NCBI GenBank assembly: GCA_964291405.2
Contig: OZ219926.1
Location: 3,008,001 to 3,072,000, forward strand
DNA length: 64,000 bases
Direction of reading: 5' to 3'
Origin: Thermodesulfobacteriota bacterium
GTDB lineage: Bacteria; Desulfobacterota; Binatia; Bin18
Shown here: positions 1 through 9,735 of the stretch, in pieces
How positions within the stretch are numbered: the stretch's first letter is position 1
How the letters are laid out: each line of letters starts with the position of its first letter
Notes under the pieces: model-generated
Seen by the model: only the letters and a program-made list of their open reading frames with translations
Told to the model about the DNA's origin: nothing
Database searches by the model: none
Translations under genes and position numbers: made by a program

Positions 1-1
1 C

Positions 2-532
2 GACGGGGTGACGATCATCCGGCCGTCAGGCACGGAGCCGAAACTCAAATTCTATTGCCAGCTCCTGCCCCACGGAGCCGAAACAGCCCTATACGGAAGC
101 GCGCTTTTGGAGACCGTCCGGACCAGGGCCGAGGCCGTGGCCGGACAGGTCTATAATGAGCTCCTGGCCCGGCTCGACTGTCGCTTGAGTGCGGCCGGCC
201 TGCTCCTGCCCGATATTATCGACCTCACCCACAAGCGCACTTTTGATACCAGTACGATCCCTCAGCTACGCCAGGCGTTTGTGTCCGGGTCGTTGCCGAG
301 CCTGGACGATACGCTCGTCTGGCTGCGAGAGAAAACATCTGGGATGACACCAGGGGCAGACCCTTTACCTGCCCTGAGAGCGTCGCTCGCCGCACTGTGC
401 GAGCAGTGGCAGGCCGAGATTTCGAGCCCCGCCCTGGAAGCACTACGGCGATGGACCCAACCGACCCAACGGACCCAATCGACCCAACAAACTCAACCGA
501 CTCAACGGACATACCCATGCGACGCAGAGTGA
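2..532 (+). CDS. Phosphoglucomutase/phosphomannomutase family, C-terminal part (5' truncated by the window edge), with a C-terminal extension
   Basis: IIRPSGTEPKLKFY is the domain-IV phosphate-binding motif of alpha-D-phosphohexomutases; frame is open from base 2. Confidence 0.8.
   Translation, partial: DGVTIIRPSGTEPKLKFYCQLLPHGAETALYGSALLETVRTRAEAVAGQVYNELLARLDCRLSAAGLLLPDIIDLTHKRTFDTSTIPQLRQAFVSGSLPSLDDTLVWLREKTSGMTPGADPLPALRASLAALCEQWQAEISSPALEALRRWTQPTQRTQSTQQTQPTQRTYPCDAE
454..510 (+). repeat. 9-bp tandem repeat, about 6 units of GACCCAACC-like sequence, encoding TQP/TQR/TQS
   Basis: gacccaacc gacccaacg gacccaatc gacccaaca aactcaacc gactcaacg read directly. Confidence 0.85.
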
Positions 533-1491
533 GCGTAATTGGAGGTGGAACCGGGTCGTTCAACGTCCTGTCGGGTCTGCGTACCTATGCCGACCTGTGG
601 GTACAATCCATCGTGACCATGATGGATTCGGGCGGCGACTCGGGGCGTCTCCGGGATGAATTCGGGGTGCTGCCCCCGGGTGATATGCGGCGCTGTCTGG
701 TCGCCCTGTCAGAAGAGAGCCAGCTCTTGCGCGATCTGTTTTCTTTTCGGTTTGTAGATGCGCCCCTGGAAGGCCGGAGCTTTGGCAATCTTTTTTTCCT
801 CGCCCTGACAAAAATTCTGGACTCCGAGAAACAGGCGATTGAAGCGATCAGCCGGATACTCAAAATACGGGGTCGCGTCCTGGCCGTGACCTGGGATCAC
901 GCTCATCTGTGCGCGGAGCTGGCGGACGGCACCCTGATCGAGGGAGAGGCCAATATCGACGTGCCCAAGCACGACCCGGCCATCCCGATCCAACGGGTGT
1001 ATCTCACGCCCGCGGCGCGGGCCAACCCCGAGGCCGTCCGGGCCCTGCACGAGAGCGATTTCATTATCTTTGCGCCGGGGAATTTATACACCTCAACCAT
1101 TCCCAATGTCTTGGTCAGCGGCATTCCGGAAGCGCTCCAAAACGCGCGCGCACCGGTCATTTACATTCTCAACCTCATGACCCGTCATGGAGAAACCGAT
1201 GGCTATTCTGCCTCTCAGCACGTGGCAAAGCTGGCCGAGTATGCGGGCCGGACCCCTGATGCGGTGGTTGTCCACCGGGGTGAGATCCCCCCGGCACTGG
1301 CACGCAAATATCAGGAAGAACAGGCCGCACAGGTCAGGCTCGATACTGAGGCACTGTATGACCTTGGGGTAAAAGTGGTGAAATTCGGGAACGTCATGTC
1401 GGCCCATTCTCTGGTGCGGCACGATCCGGCCCGCACGGCGCGCGTGGTGGGTGAGCTGTTTGAAGAGTTGGGCGGCGACGCGCGCCGGTAA
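517..1491 (+). CDS. yvcK: YvcK/GlmR (CofD-related, UDP-GlcNAc-binding) family protein
   Basis: VIGGGTG, DSGGDSGRLRDEFGVLPPGD, SFGNL, PGNLYTS motifs; ATG 517 overlaps the end of the upstream gene. Confidence 0.88.
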   Translation: MRRRVSVIGGGTGSFNVLSGLRTYADLWVQSIVTMMDSGGDSGRLRDEFGVLPPGDMRRCLVALSEESQLLRDLFSFRFVDAPLEGRSFGNLFFLALTKILDSEKQAIEAISRILKIRGRVLAVTWDHAHLCAELADGTLIEGEANIDVPKHDPAIPIQRVYLTPAARANPEAVRALHESDFIIFAPGNLYTSTIPNVLVSGIPEALQNARAPVIYILNLMTRHGETDGYSASQHVAKLAEYAGRTPDAVVVHRGEIPPALARKYQEEQAAQVRLDTEALYDLGVKVVKFGNVMSAHSLVRHDPARTARVVGELFEELGGDARR

Positions 1492-1512
1492 TACGACAGG
1501 ACGCGGTGGAGG

Positions 1513-2328
1513 ATGAGCGAAGCGGAGACGCTTGAGCGGATCAGGCAGCTCGTACGCGCTGCGGATCAGATGGCCCTGGACCAGTATGGCCGGAGTCCGG
1601 GTTCGCTCAAACCCGACGGCTCATGGGTCACACCCGCGGATGGCGCAATCGAGGACTTTCTGCGCCGCGAGCTGACGGCACTCTTTCACGGGGACGTGGG
1701 GATTTTCGGGGAAGAGCAGGGCTGGTCCGAAAACCGTTCGGCTTCGTATATTGCCATACTCGATCCGATTGACGGGACGGCGGCATTCCGCAGCCGTATT
1801 CCCGTGTGGGGCGTTTCCCTGGCGGTCTTCCAGCAGCAGGCGGAATCCGACTTGTGGGAACCGCTCATCGGCATTTTCAGCATGCCGGCGGCCAACCATG
1901 TTTTTCTGAGTGCGCACGGCAAGCGCGCCGAGTGGAATGCTGCTCTGCTCACTATCCCACCCGTCCAGCCGGACATCCGGAAATCCGACTATCTCGGGGT
2001 CTCATCGGACGTGCAGCACTGGAATCTCAGTCAATATCCCGGCAAGCTTCGGAGCTTCGGCGTCTCCGGCTACGAGGTCATTCTGGTCGCCACCGGCGCA
2101 CTCCAGGCCAGCTTGCTCACCCGTTTCCACTTTTACGATATTGCCGCTGCGGCAATGGTGTTATGGCAGGCCGGGGGAGGGTTGTATCGACTCTCCGGCG
2201 AGCCGGTAACCCCAACCGAAATGGTACGGAAGACAAGAGACCAACCAGAGGCATCGGAAGCACCCATTATCGCCTGTCACCCAGCCCACCTCGGAGCGCT
2301 GCTGGAGATGAAATTCCGGCCCTTGTGA
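1513..2328 (+). CDS. Inositol monophosphatase family protein
   Basis: GEE, LDPIDGT and YDIAAA motifs; GGAGG RBS. Confidence 0.85.
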   Translation: MSEAETLERIRQLVRAADQMALDQYGRSPGSLKPDGSWVTPADGAIEDFLRRELTALFHGDVGIFGEEQGWSENRSASYIAILDPIDGTAAFRSRIPVWGVSLAVFQQQAESDLWEPLIGIFSMPAANHVFLSAHGKRAEWNAALLTIPPVQPDIRKSDYLGVSSDVQHWNLSQYPGKLRSFGVSGYEVILVATGALQASLLTRFHFYDIAAAAMVLWQAGGGLYRLSGEPVTPTEMVRKTRDQPEASEAPIIACHPAHLGALLEMKFRPL

Positions 2329-2390
2329 CGGCCGTTTCAATCCTCACCCGTCCGCTCCTCCCTCCAGAGTAAGGACAGCGAGAGAATCCG

Positions 2391-2431
2391 TTGACAGAGC
2401 CTATCCACTTTCGTACTTACATTGTATGCAC
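2391..2431 (+). promoter_or_regulatory. Putative promoter and autoregulatory operator of the MazEF-like operon
   Basis: TTGACA at 2391; inverted repeat centred on TACATTGTA (2418-2426) upstream of the antitoxin. Confidence 0.45.
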
Positions 2432-2454
2432 TCGACCAAAACGGAGGCTTGCCG

Positions 2455-2709
2455 ATGAAAACTGCCCTCGTTCAAATTGGGAACTCGCGCGGTGTCCGCA
2501 TCCCCAAAGCATTTTTGGAACAGTGCCAGCTCCACGACCAAGTCGAACTGGAGCTCCGGCACGACCACCTGGTCATTCGTCCGGTCAGACAGCCTCGGAG
2601 CGGGTGGGATGACGCCTTTGGCCACATGCGTGAACATGGGGATGATGCCCTGCTTGATGAGGGGTCTCTGTCAGCCACCGAATGGGACACGACGGAGTGG
2701 GAATGGTAG
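2455..2709 (+). CDS. AbrB/MazE/SpoVT-family antitoxin
   Basis: QIGNSRGVRIPK swapped-hairpin motif, acidic C-terminus, overlaps toxin start. Confidence 0.9.
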   Translation: MKTALVQIGNSRGVRIPKAFLEQCQLHDQVELELRHDHLVIRPVRQPRSGWDDAFGHMREHGDDALLDEGSLSATEWDTTEWEW

Positions 2710-3026
2710 TTGCCCGTTTTGAGGTTTACTTGGTGCGGCTCGATCCTACACAAGGGCATGAGATTCAGAAAACGCGTCCATGTGTCGTCATATCGCCCGA
2801 TGAAATGAATCAGCATATCGGTACTGTTGTTGTCGCTCCGATGACGACAAAAGGGCGTCTGTATCCTACCCGGATACCCGTTCGTTTTCAGAGAAAAAGC
2901 GGTCAGGTTGTCCTGGATCAGATACGCACGGTTGACAAAACGCGTTTGGTCCGCCGCCTGGGAAAAATTAGCGACAGGGCGGTGCGGGAAGTCCTGACTG
3001 TCCTGGGCGAAATGTTTGCGCCGTAG
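2703..3026 (+). CDS. PemK/MazF-family endoribonuclease toxin
   Basis: LDPTQGHEIQKTRPCVVISP and DQIRTVDKTRL motifs. Confidence 0.92.
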   Translation: MVVARFEVYLVRLDPTQGHEIQKTRPCVVISPDEMNQHIGTVVVAPMTTKGRLYPTRIPVRFQRKSGQVVLDQIRTVDKTRLVRRLGKISDRAVREVLTVLGEMFAP

Positions 3027-3090
3027 GGTGAGAGCAGGTGAGACTGGAGAGGGGAGCGGGGCAGACCGTCGGGTCTGCCCCGATGAACAT

Positions 3091-4212
3091 CTAGGCGCTG
3101 GCCGCAACCAATTCCGCCTGCTCCTTGGGCAGTTGGAAGGCCGGATCGGTCTGAAGCACGGGCAGGACTTTCTCGGCAAAGAGCTGGAAGCTGCGGTTCA
3201 GTTTCGGGGCCGGCAGGCCGCCGAAAGCGAAGGTGCCGACCATGTGGTCGAGCGCGACCGTCTCGTGAATATAGCGGATTTTTTCGAGTACCTGATCCGG
3301 TGTGCCGGCCGCATGCAGGCTGCGGAAGAACTCGATTGCCTTGACCTTGGCCTCCGCGTCCGCGTTGAGCTTGGCATAGGTTTTGGCCATTTTGCCGTAG
3401 AACTCATAGCCCTTGACGCTTTTCAGCTTGCCCGAGGAAAAGCCGTAGTGGTTTTCAATGGAGTCAAACAGCGTACCCATATAATGTTGGGCCAGGTCTT
3501 CGGCTTCTTTGGCATCGTCAGAAACCAGGACGTTGAATAAGCCGATGGGCGGACGGGGGGTGATGTTGTTGGCCAGGGCCGTCTCGCAGTAGCGTTGATA
3601 GTCCGTGGCCGTATCTTCCCAACTGCGCTGGGCGATGATCAACACGCCGAAGCCCATCTTGGCCATGATGTCCGCCGACTCCGGGCTGACCGACGAGGCA
3701 TAGAAGCGGGTCTCGGGATTGGAGATGGGCCGCGGGCGGACTTGAATGTCCGGAATCTGATAATACTTGCCCTCGTACGAAAAGCTGTCCTGGGTCAGAC
3801 CCAGACGGATGATGTCGGCGCATTCGACAAAACGCTCGCGCGACTCGTCCATGGGAATGCGGAAGCCGGCGTATTCGACCGTGGCTGCGCCGCGCCCAAA
3901 GCCGAAGATCGTGCGTCCGCCGGACACGAGGTCGAGCAGGGCGATTTTCTCGGCAATCTCGACCGGGTCGTGCCAGGGCAACACGATGACCGCGGTGCCG
4001 AGTTGAATCTTCTTGGTGCGCCCGGCCATATAGGACAACAACTGACATGGGTCAGGCGACATCACATAGCCGGTGAAATGGTGGTCCAGACTCCACAGCG
4101 AGTCAAAGCCGTAGTCTTCCGCTTTATCCGCCAGTGACAGCTCTTCCTGATAGGTTTGCAGGTCCGGCTTGCCGTCAAAACTGGTCAACTGCATGATCGT
4201 ACCGACTTTCAT
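3091..4212 (-). CDS. Luciferase-like (LLM) flavin-dependent oxidoreductase
   Basis: GFDSLWSLDHHF, LGTAVIVLPWHDPVEIAE, GFGRG; GGAGG RBS before ATG 4212. Confidence 0.9.
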   Translation of the reverse strand: MKVGTIMQLTSFDGKPDLQTYQEELSLADKAEDYGFDSLWSLDHHFTGYVMSPDPCQLLSYMAGRTKKIQLGTAVIVLPWHDPVEIAEKIALLDLVSGGRTIFGFGRGAATVEYAGFRIPMDESRERFVECADIIRLGLTQDSFSYEGKYYQIPDIQVRPRPISNPETRFYASSVSPESADIMAKMGFGVLIIAQRSWEDTATDYQRYCETALANNITPRPPIGLFNVLVSDDAKEAEDLAQHYMGTLFDSIENHYGFSSGKLKSVKGYEFYGKMAKTYAKLNADAEAKVKAIEFFRSLHAAGTPDQVLEKIRYIHETVALDHMVGTFAFGGLPAPKLNRSFQLFAEKVLPVLQTDPAFQLPKEQAELVAASA

Positions 4213-4311
4213 GGTTCCTCCTTTTTCTCTCCTGAGTTTTCCTCCGCGTACGATGAAGCGCCCATTGTAGAAGAGCGCGGCCAATTACACAAACGGTCCA
4301 AAATCAGGGAT

Positions 4312-4339
4312 GTAGGGGCAATTCATGAATTGCCCCTAC
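4312..4339. repeat. GTAG-type REP palindrome, copy 1
   Basis: Perfect 28-bp palindrome GTAGGGGCAATTCATGAATTGCCCCTAC, identical copy at 5621. Confidence 0.85.
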
Positions 4340-4408
4340 GTTTGCGCCTTTGAAAACTCTCCATCTTTCTGGTACAGCGTCGGGTCGAATACCACACAAG
4401 GGAGATGT

Positions 4409-5599
4409 ATGACAACCGATTCCTTACTCATTGACTGTGACGGACATATCCTTGAACCGCCCGATCTGTGGGAACAATATCTTGATCCAGCCTATCGTGA
4501 CCGGGCGCTGCGTATCCGCGTAGACCCGGACGACGGGTACGAATACCTGGAGGTTGACACCAAGCGGGCCAAGCTCACCCGTCCGGGCACGCTGGGCACC
4601 CTGGGTGGTATGGGCAAACAGGTGGACGAGGCCACTCAACTGCGCCAACGGGCGATGCGGGGCGAGATCCGACCCGAAGAGGTGCGGGCGATCCGACCGG
4701 GGCCGGAACTGACCTATCTCAAGGGAGCGGCGTTCGGCACCATGGATATGAAGGAGCGGGTGGAACTGCTCGGCCGCGAGCACATGGACAAGGCCATCCT
4801 CTACCCGACCCTCGGGCTGCTGTGGGAGGCCGAACTGCTCGACCCCGAACTGTCCGCGGCGTACTGCCGGGCGTATAATCGCTGGATTGCCGACTTCTGC
4901 CGGGACTCGGGCGGACGGCTGGTGCCCATTGCCCACGTGTCGCTCGGCGACCCCCAGGAAGCTGCCCGCGAAATCGAACGCGCCGTCACGGATGGCTGTA
5001 AAGGAGTGTTCGTCAGCCCGTTTACGATTTCACGTATCCCCCACGGCGACCCCCGCCACGATGTTGTCTTTGCCACGGCTCAGGACTGCGACATCCCGTT
5101 TGCCATTCATCCCACGTTTGAGCCGCCCGAGTGGGGTATCCACCAACGCTATGACAAGTTCGGCTGGGCCATGTGGTATGTGGACCTGTTCGCCGGTCAG
5201 GGCGTGCAGCATGCCTTTGGTACCTTGTTTCAATGGGGCGTGTTTGAACGCTTCCCGCGTTTGCGAGTCGTCGTTCTGGAATCGCAGGCCGGCTGGATCG
5301 GTTATTTTCTCGACCGGGCGGACGCCATCTTCGAGGGTACGACGCTTGGCGCGACGGTGCGTCTCAAGGAAAAGCCGTCCTACTACTTCAAGCGGCAGTG
5401 TTATATTTCCGCGGACCCCGAAGAGCGCACAATCGCGTCTCTGACCGATCTGGTCGGTGCGGACAAATTCTTCTGGGCGAGCGACTACCCTCATCCGGAC
5501 CATCCGGCGAACTACCTCGAAGAATTGCAGGAAATGGTTGCGCCGATGGGCGAGACCGCCCGCCGTGGCATCCTGGGGGAAAACGTCGCCCGCGCCTAG
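4409..5599 (+). CDS. Amidohydrolase 2 family protein
   Basis: DCDGH, AYNRWIADFC, FERFPRLRVVVLES, WASDYPH motifs. Confidence 0.88.
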   Translation: MTTDSLLIDCDGHILEPPDLWEQYLDPAYRDRALRIRVDPDDGYEYLEVDTKRAKLTRPGTLGTLGGMGKQVDEATQLRQRAMRGEIRPEEVRAIRPGPELTYLKGAAFGTMDMKERVELLGREHMDKAILYPTLGLLWEAELLDPELSAAYCRAYNRWIADFCRDSGGRLVPIAHVSLGDPQEAAREIERAVTDGCKGVFVSPFTISRIPHGDPRHDVVFATAQDCDIPFAIHPTFEPPEWGIHQRYDKFGWAMWYVDLFAGQGVQHAFGTLFQWGVFERFPRLRVVVLESQAGWIGYFLDRADAIFEGTTLGATVRLKEKPSYYFKRQCYISADPEERTIASLTDLVGADKFFWASDYPHPDHPANYLEELQEMVAPMGETARRGILGENVARA

Positions 5600-5620
5600 C
5601 TCGACTGAGCGGTGCGGTTC

Positions 5621-5648
5621 GTAGGGGCAATTCATGAATTGCCCCTAC
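5621..5648. repeat. GTAG-type REP palindrome, copy 2
   Basis: Identical to 4312-4339. Confidence 0.85.
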
Positions 5649-5737
5649 GCCTTAGATTCGATACTCGAAGCCCACGTATCGCCTCTCCGAGCGGCCGAAT
5701 AGCGGAGTCTGGTCGTGGTGCGGACATGCGTTTTTCT

Positions 5738-7386
5738 GTTCGCACCGGCCTTGAGAATCCCGAACCTGCCCAGGTTATAGCTGAGCTGAATATCGGTCAG
5801 CCATTTGGCGTTATAGTTCTGGATAAAATTTCCACCGCCCTCGTGCACTTTGTACTGGCCGTAGCGGTGCAGCGAGATCGAAACCGCGAACTGCTCCAGG
5901 CGGTACACCCCGTTCAGCAGGAAGTGACTCTTGGGCTGCCAGTCTTCCAGAATGCCACGGTCGGTGGCGGTGAAGAGCGAGGAGGGCAGGCCGGACGGCA
6001 GGTTGACCTTGCGAATCTCGGTCTTGCTCATGGAGCCGACCGCCTTGAGGGTCAGGTCGCCCAGCGGAATATACGGCACGTTGCACGAAGGAAGCCCTGG
6101 GTGCGGGTATCCGCGGGTTCATAAAGCTGACGCCCGATGGGCGACTCGGCCAGACCCCGGCTCCCGTTGGGGTGACGTTGCCGCTCAGTGATGATACGGT
6201 CTTCGACCTCGATGTGGTAGAAGTCGGTGGTGAGCGAAAACGATGGAACGGGCTGGAATACGAAGCCGGCGCTCAAGTTGATCGAGGTCTCCTCTTCCAG
6301 TTCGGGAATGCCGATTGCCCTGGCGATTCGGCTGTCATTCCGAAATGTGCCGCGTTCCTCGGCCAGGGTTGCGCCGGTCTGCGGGTCGGTCACGAACTGG
6401 GTGCTGGTATTGTTGAAGTAGAGCTGCTGCATGGACGGCGCGCGAAAGCCGCTGCTCACCGAGCCGCGCAGCGCGAACCAGTCGGTCAGGTCCCATTTAG
6501 CGGCGGCTTTGCCGTTGACGGTATTGCCGAAGTCGCTGTAGTGCTCGTAGCGCGCGGCCGGGCTGACCATCAACCAGTCGGTCAGATACAGCTCGGAGTC
6601 CACATACAGGGCAAAGGCGTGGCGGGTCTCGTCCACTTCGTTTTCGGGCTTGAAGCCGGGGAAGACCTGGATGCCGGCCGAGCCGCCGCCGCTCCCGTCA
6701 TAATCCGCGTACGAGTATTCCTCGCCGGCCACGATTTCGTATTGATCGCGCTTATACTCCCCGCCCCAGGCCAGAAACATATTATTGTTCGGCGTCAGGG
6801 TGAAGTCCAGGTTCACGGTGGTCAGATAGAGTTGCAGGCTGCCGGCGTCCGCGGACGAATCGGGTGCACCGGAGGCGTCCAGACCCGGAAAGACCGGATT
6901 GCCGGCGCCGTCAAGAAAAGGCGCGTTCTGGCCGAGACTCCGGTTGACCCACGAGGCGTTATGGGAGTTGAGAATGTGAGCCAAAGTCGTTTCCGCCATG
7001 GACCACGCTGAGGTCGGCGGTCAGGCCGTTATCGAACCGCTTGCTGAGACCCCCACCGCCGGCGTAGGACCGTGGTCTCGATATGCGGCAGAAATCCCCA
7101 GTGCGACCCTTGGGGGAAGAGCCCTTCGAGGTAGGGATTGCGGAAAGTGGCCCGGCAGCCGCCGCTCTCGTTCTTGGCAAAGGCGTAGACCTCGGCGTCC
7201 TGCCACAGTGCATCAATGGGTTTCTCGAAGTTTAGTGCCGCTGACCTGCTCCAACTCAGAATCTCCGATCCGGAAACGCCGCCGGTCGAAGTTGCGTTCC
7301 TTGTCGCCTGGGTCTTGCAGCAGGACGGTGGCACCCTCTTTATGGGTTGTGAGCAGGGCGGTCTGGCGGGCCGGGTCGAGTTGATC
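5738..7386 (-). pseudogene. Fragmented TonB-dependent receptor (beta-barrel part)
   Basis: AARYEHYSDFG, LRGSVSSGFRAPSMQQ, DFYHIEVEDRI, WLTDIQLSY and RFRIGDSE pieces spread over different frames; no N-terminus, no C-terminal Phe. Confidence 0.8.
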
Positions 7387-7401
7387 GGGTACACGCGCCC
7401 A

Positions 7402-7690
7402 GCGAGTCACCCAAACGAAGATCGACAAGCAGCCGGTGTTCATCCTGGGATTTGCCCGTAGCGGTACGGACGCATTGCGCTGCACGGAACCTCGGTTGCA
7501 ACCGAGGTGTTGACGATCAGGGCGCTGCCGTGCCCGCCGACCGTTTACCAGGGACGGTCTCGGACCTTTCAGGAACGAGGGCCTGTACCCGACCTTCGTT
7601 CCTGATCGGACCGCGGGAGAATCCACCACGCTCCGCCCTTGGCTGAAACGTTCATCCAGATGGCCAAGTCCCATGCCGGCCACAAGGCCT
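7402..7690 (+). repeat. Degraded duplicate of part of the sulfotransferase gene
   Basis: 7402-7464 is identical (63 bp) to 8569-8631; downstream sequence stays colinear with 8632-8770 but has many small insertions. Confidence 0.85.
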
Positions 7691-7741
7691 GACGGGTGGT
7701 TCTATCAACTCCCTGTCGAACCGGAACCGCCTTGCGACCTT

Positions 7742-8072
7742 GGTAGTGTCTCCCTGTGAAACTTCTGACCAGTCGAAAGACGGAGGCAGTCCGCCCTCTC
7801 CCAATACCTCAGTGCATCGTTTCTCCTCTCGGCTCCCGGACACCGCGCTGACGCATGTCCAGAGGACCGTCCACCCCCTAACACGGCTCCCCACCGGTTG
7901 TCCCTAGTAATTTATGAGGAAAATTATGAGGGATGGTGGCCCCGCTCCGACTTGGCCCCAGGCCGAGGGGTGCCCGGCGGGAACAAGACGGCCCGGTCGC
8001 CGCAGGCCCGGAGACGGGAGGGAAGGGCGGACCGACCGCGCAGAAGAACACATGGCAAACGGAGACACTACC
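7742..8072. mobile_element. MITE-like / internally deleted IS1-family-like element
   Basis: 12-bp terminal inverted repeats GGTAGTGTCTCC (7742) and GGAGACACTACC (8061-8072); flanks CGACCTT and CGAACCTT resemble a target-site duplication; no transposase. Confidence 0.6.
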
Positions 8073-8253
8073 CGAACCTTCCGATTGCACCCGGATGCCT
8101 AGAAAGGCTCTCCGGCGGGTCTGGGCGACCCTGTTAGCACTAGAATGCGTACCACGTGTATGATAACCATAATACGTACCGTATGTATGATAGTAGCGCA
8201 AGGGAGAGGGGCAGTAGCGCAAGCTGTCCCAGGACCGGTTGAAAGGAGAAGGC

Positions 8254-8400
8254 ATGGCCAACCACGATATCAAGGACGCCGTTCGGAAGATTGAGTGTCC
8301 GGTATTTGAGAACCCGGCATTCACTACACCCCCCACTGAAAGAGGCTGAGGTGCGGCGTGATCTGTGGTTTTTCTGCTGCCCACGGACGGCAGGCAGTGA
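8254..8400 (+). pseudogene. Frameshifted mini-ORF homologous to 11275-11436
   Basis: GAAAGGAGAAGGC-ATG; LKEAEVRRDLWF and LLPTDGRQ* reached through two compensating 1-nt shifts at C6 and T5 runs. Confidence 0.55.
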
Positions 8401-8403
8401 CTC

Positions 8404-9238
8404 ATGTCTGACACTGAAATTTCCCAACACCCCTCTATTATGGCTCCTCCGGGGACGTGGCTCCGCCTTTTATGGGAAAATGGCGGTGTAGCCCCAGCCT
8501 ACTGGGGAAAGTGGCCCGCATTCTGCTGGAAGCCCCCTGCGCCTCGCCGAGTGGGTACGCTATGGCCGGCGAGTCACCCAAACGAAGATCGACAAGCAGC
8601 CGGTGTTCATCCTGGGATTTGCCCGTAGCGGCACGACGCATTTGCAACCTGTTACAGCGACGGTACGGGACGGTCTCGACCTTTCAGGCGGCCGTACCGA
8701 CCTTCTTCCTGATCGGACGCGGCTGGCTGAAACGCCAGATGGCAAAGGCCGTGCCGGCTACCAGACCCATGGACAATGTCCTCCCTTGATACGCCAGTCG
8801 AGGAGGAAGCCGCAGTCAGCAATAGCTGCCCTTTCCCTCCTCCATCATCTGTCGTTTTCACGCTGGGACAAATACCTCACGATGCAGGAGCTGACGCCGC
8901 AAGAACTGGCTCGCTGGGAACAGGTCTATCTGGAGTCCTGCGCAAAGCGACCCTTGATAACGGCGGTCGGCCTCTGGTTCTGAAGAGTCCGAACAATACC
9001 GGCCGGATTCCGCACCTGCTGCGCCTCTTCCCCGAGGCGAAATTCGTCCACATCGTCCGCAATCCGTATGTCGTGTACCAATCGTGCGCCATATGTATCG
9101 TAAAACGCTCCCCCTGTTTCAGCTCCAGGATATGGCTATAGAAGATGAGCATATTCTGACACAGGATACCATGCAGCACTATGGAGGATCGGTCATTGAT
9201 TCCACAGGAGAAGAACGAAGCTGAACAGCGGTCGCTAG
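8404..9238 (+). pseudogene. Frameshifted PAPS-dependent sulfotransferase (Stf3-like)
   Basis: PVFILGFARSGTTHL 5'-PSB loop; RPMDN; LVLKSPNNTGRI..LFPEAKFVHIVRNPY..YQS 3'-PB motif, in different frames. Confidence 0.8.
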
Positions 9239-9381
9239 TTGAACTGCCTCTACGCCGAGTTGGCAGCTCTATCAGCGGATACCCTCTCCGGCTACAGAAG
9301 ACCGCTTCTCCTGGAAGACGCATATTGGCAATTCGCCTTGGATCTCTGCCTACCACAGGGATCCGATACCGAATTAAGACC

Positions 9382-9735
9382 ATGCTGCGATTTTCCGAAG
9401 AAATCATTTTACTGCCGCTCCCGAGGGGAGATGTCATCCTGGCTGGTGCCATTTGGCCCTCGAAGGCCGCATTGATACCGACCTCACCCAGCTCCGTGGT
9501 TGATGCGACGCCACTCGACGACGACTTGCTTGATCCGACGCTGGCCGACATCGCCCAATCATCCGAGACGCGCGCCGTCAGTTTTTGGTTGACCACCACC
9601 GCGAAGCGGGGGAACGAGATTCGCGACCGGACGATCGCCCGCCTGGTCACTCGCGGTATTTCGAAGCTGAGGGCGACGCCCTGATCTTCTTGACGCGGGC
9701 GGTGTCCCGCTCCCGCCACTATCCGAGCATTGATC
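9382..9735 (+). pseudogene. GPP34/GOLPH3-family domain fragment, probably once the N-terminal part of a P450 fusion
   Basis: MLRFSEEIILL, LAGAI, DATPLDDDLLDPTL, RLVTRGI, SRHYP pattern recalled for bacterial GPP34 proteins; frameshifted and deleted. Confidence 0.6.

Noticed and set aside
397-516. N-terminal DPT-repeat extension of YvcK in the ORF track
   Set aside because: It is the alternate-frame reading of the upstream gene's 9-bp repeat; YvcK similarity begins at ATG 517.
517-1491. CofD (F420 biosynthesis) assignment given the many LLMs
   Set aside because: GGGTG, DSGGDSGRLR and PPGD motifs fit YvcK better than CofD.
5597-5608. TAG followed by CTC GAC TGA at the amidohydrolase end, suggesting readthrough or pyrrolysine
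   Set aside because: Would add only three residues; a small deletion or natural end is simpler, and no pyl genes are seen.
4312-5648. 28-bp palindromic repeat as a CRISPR repeat
   Set aside because: Only two copies, 1.3 kb apart and separated by a gene; fits a REP.
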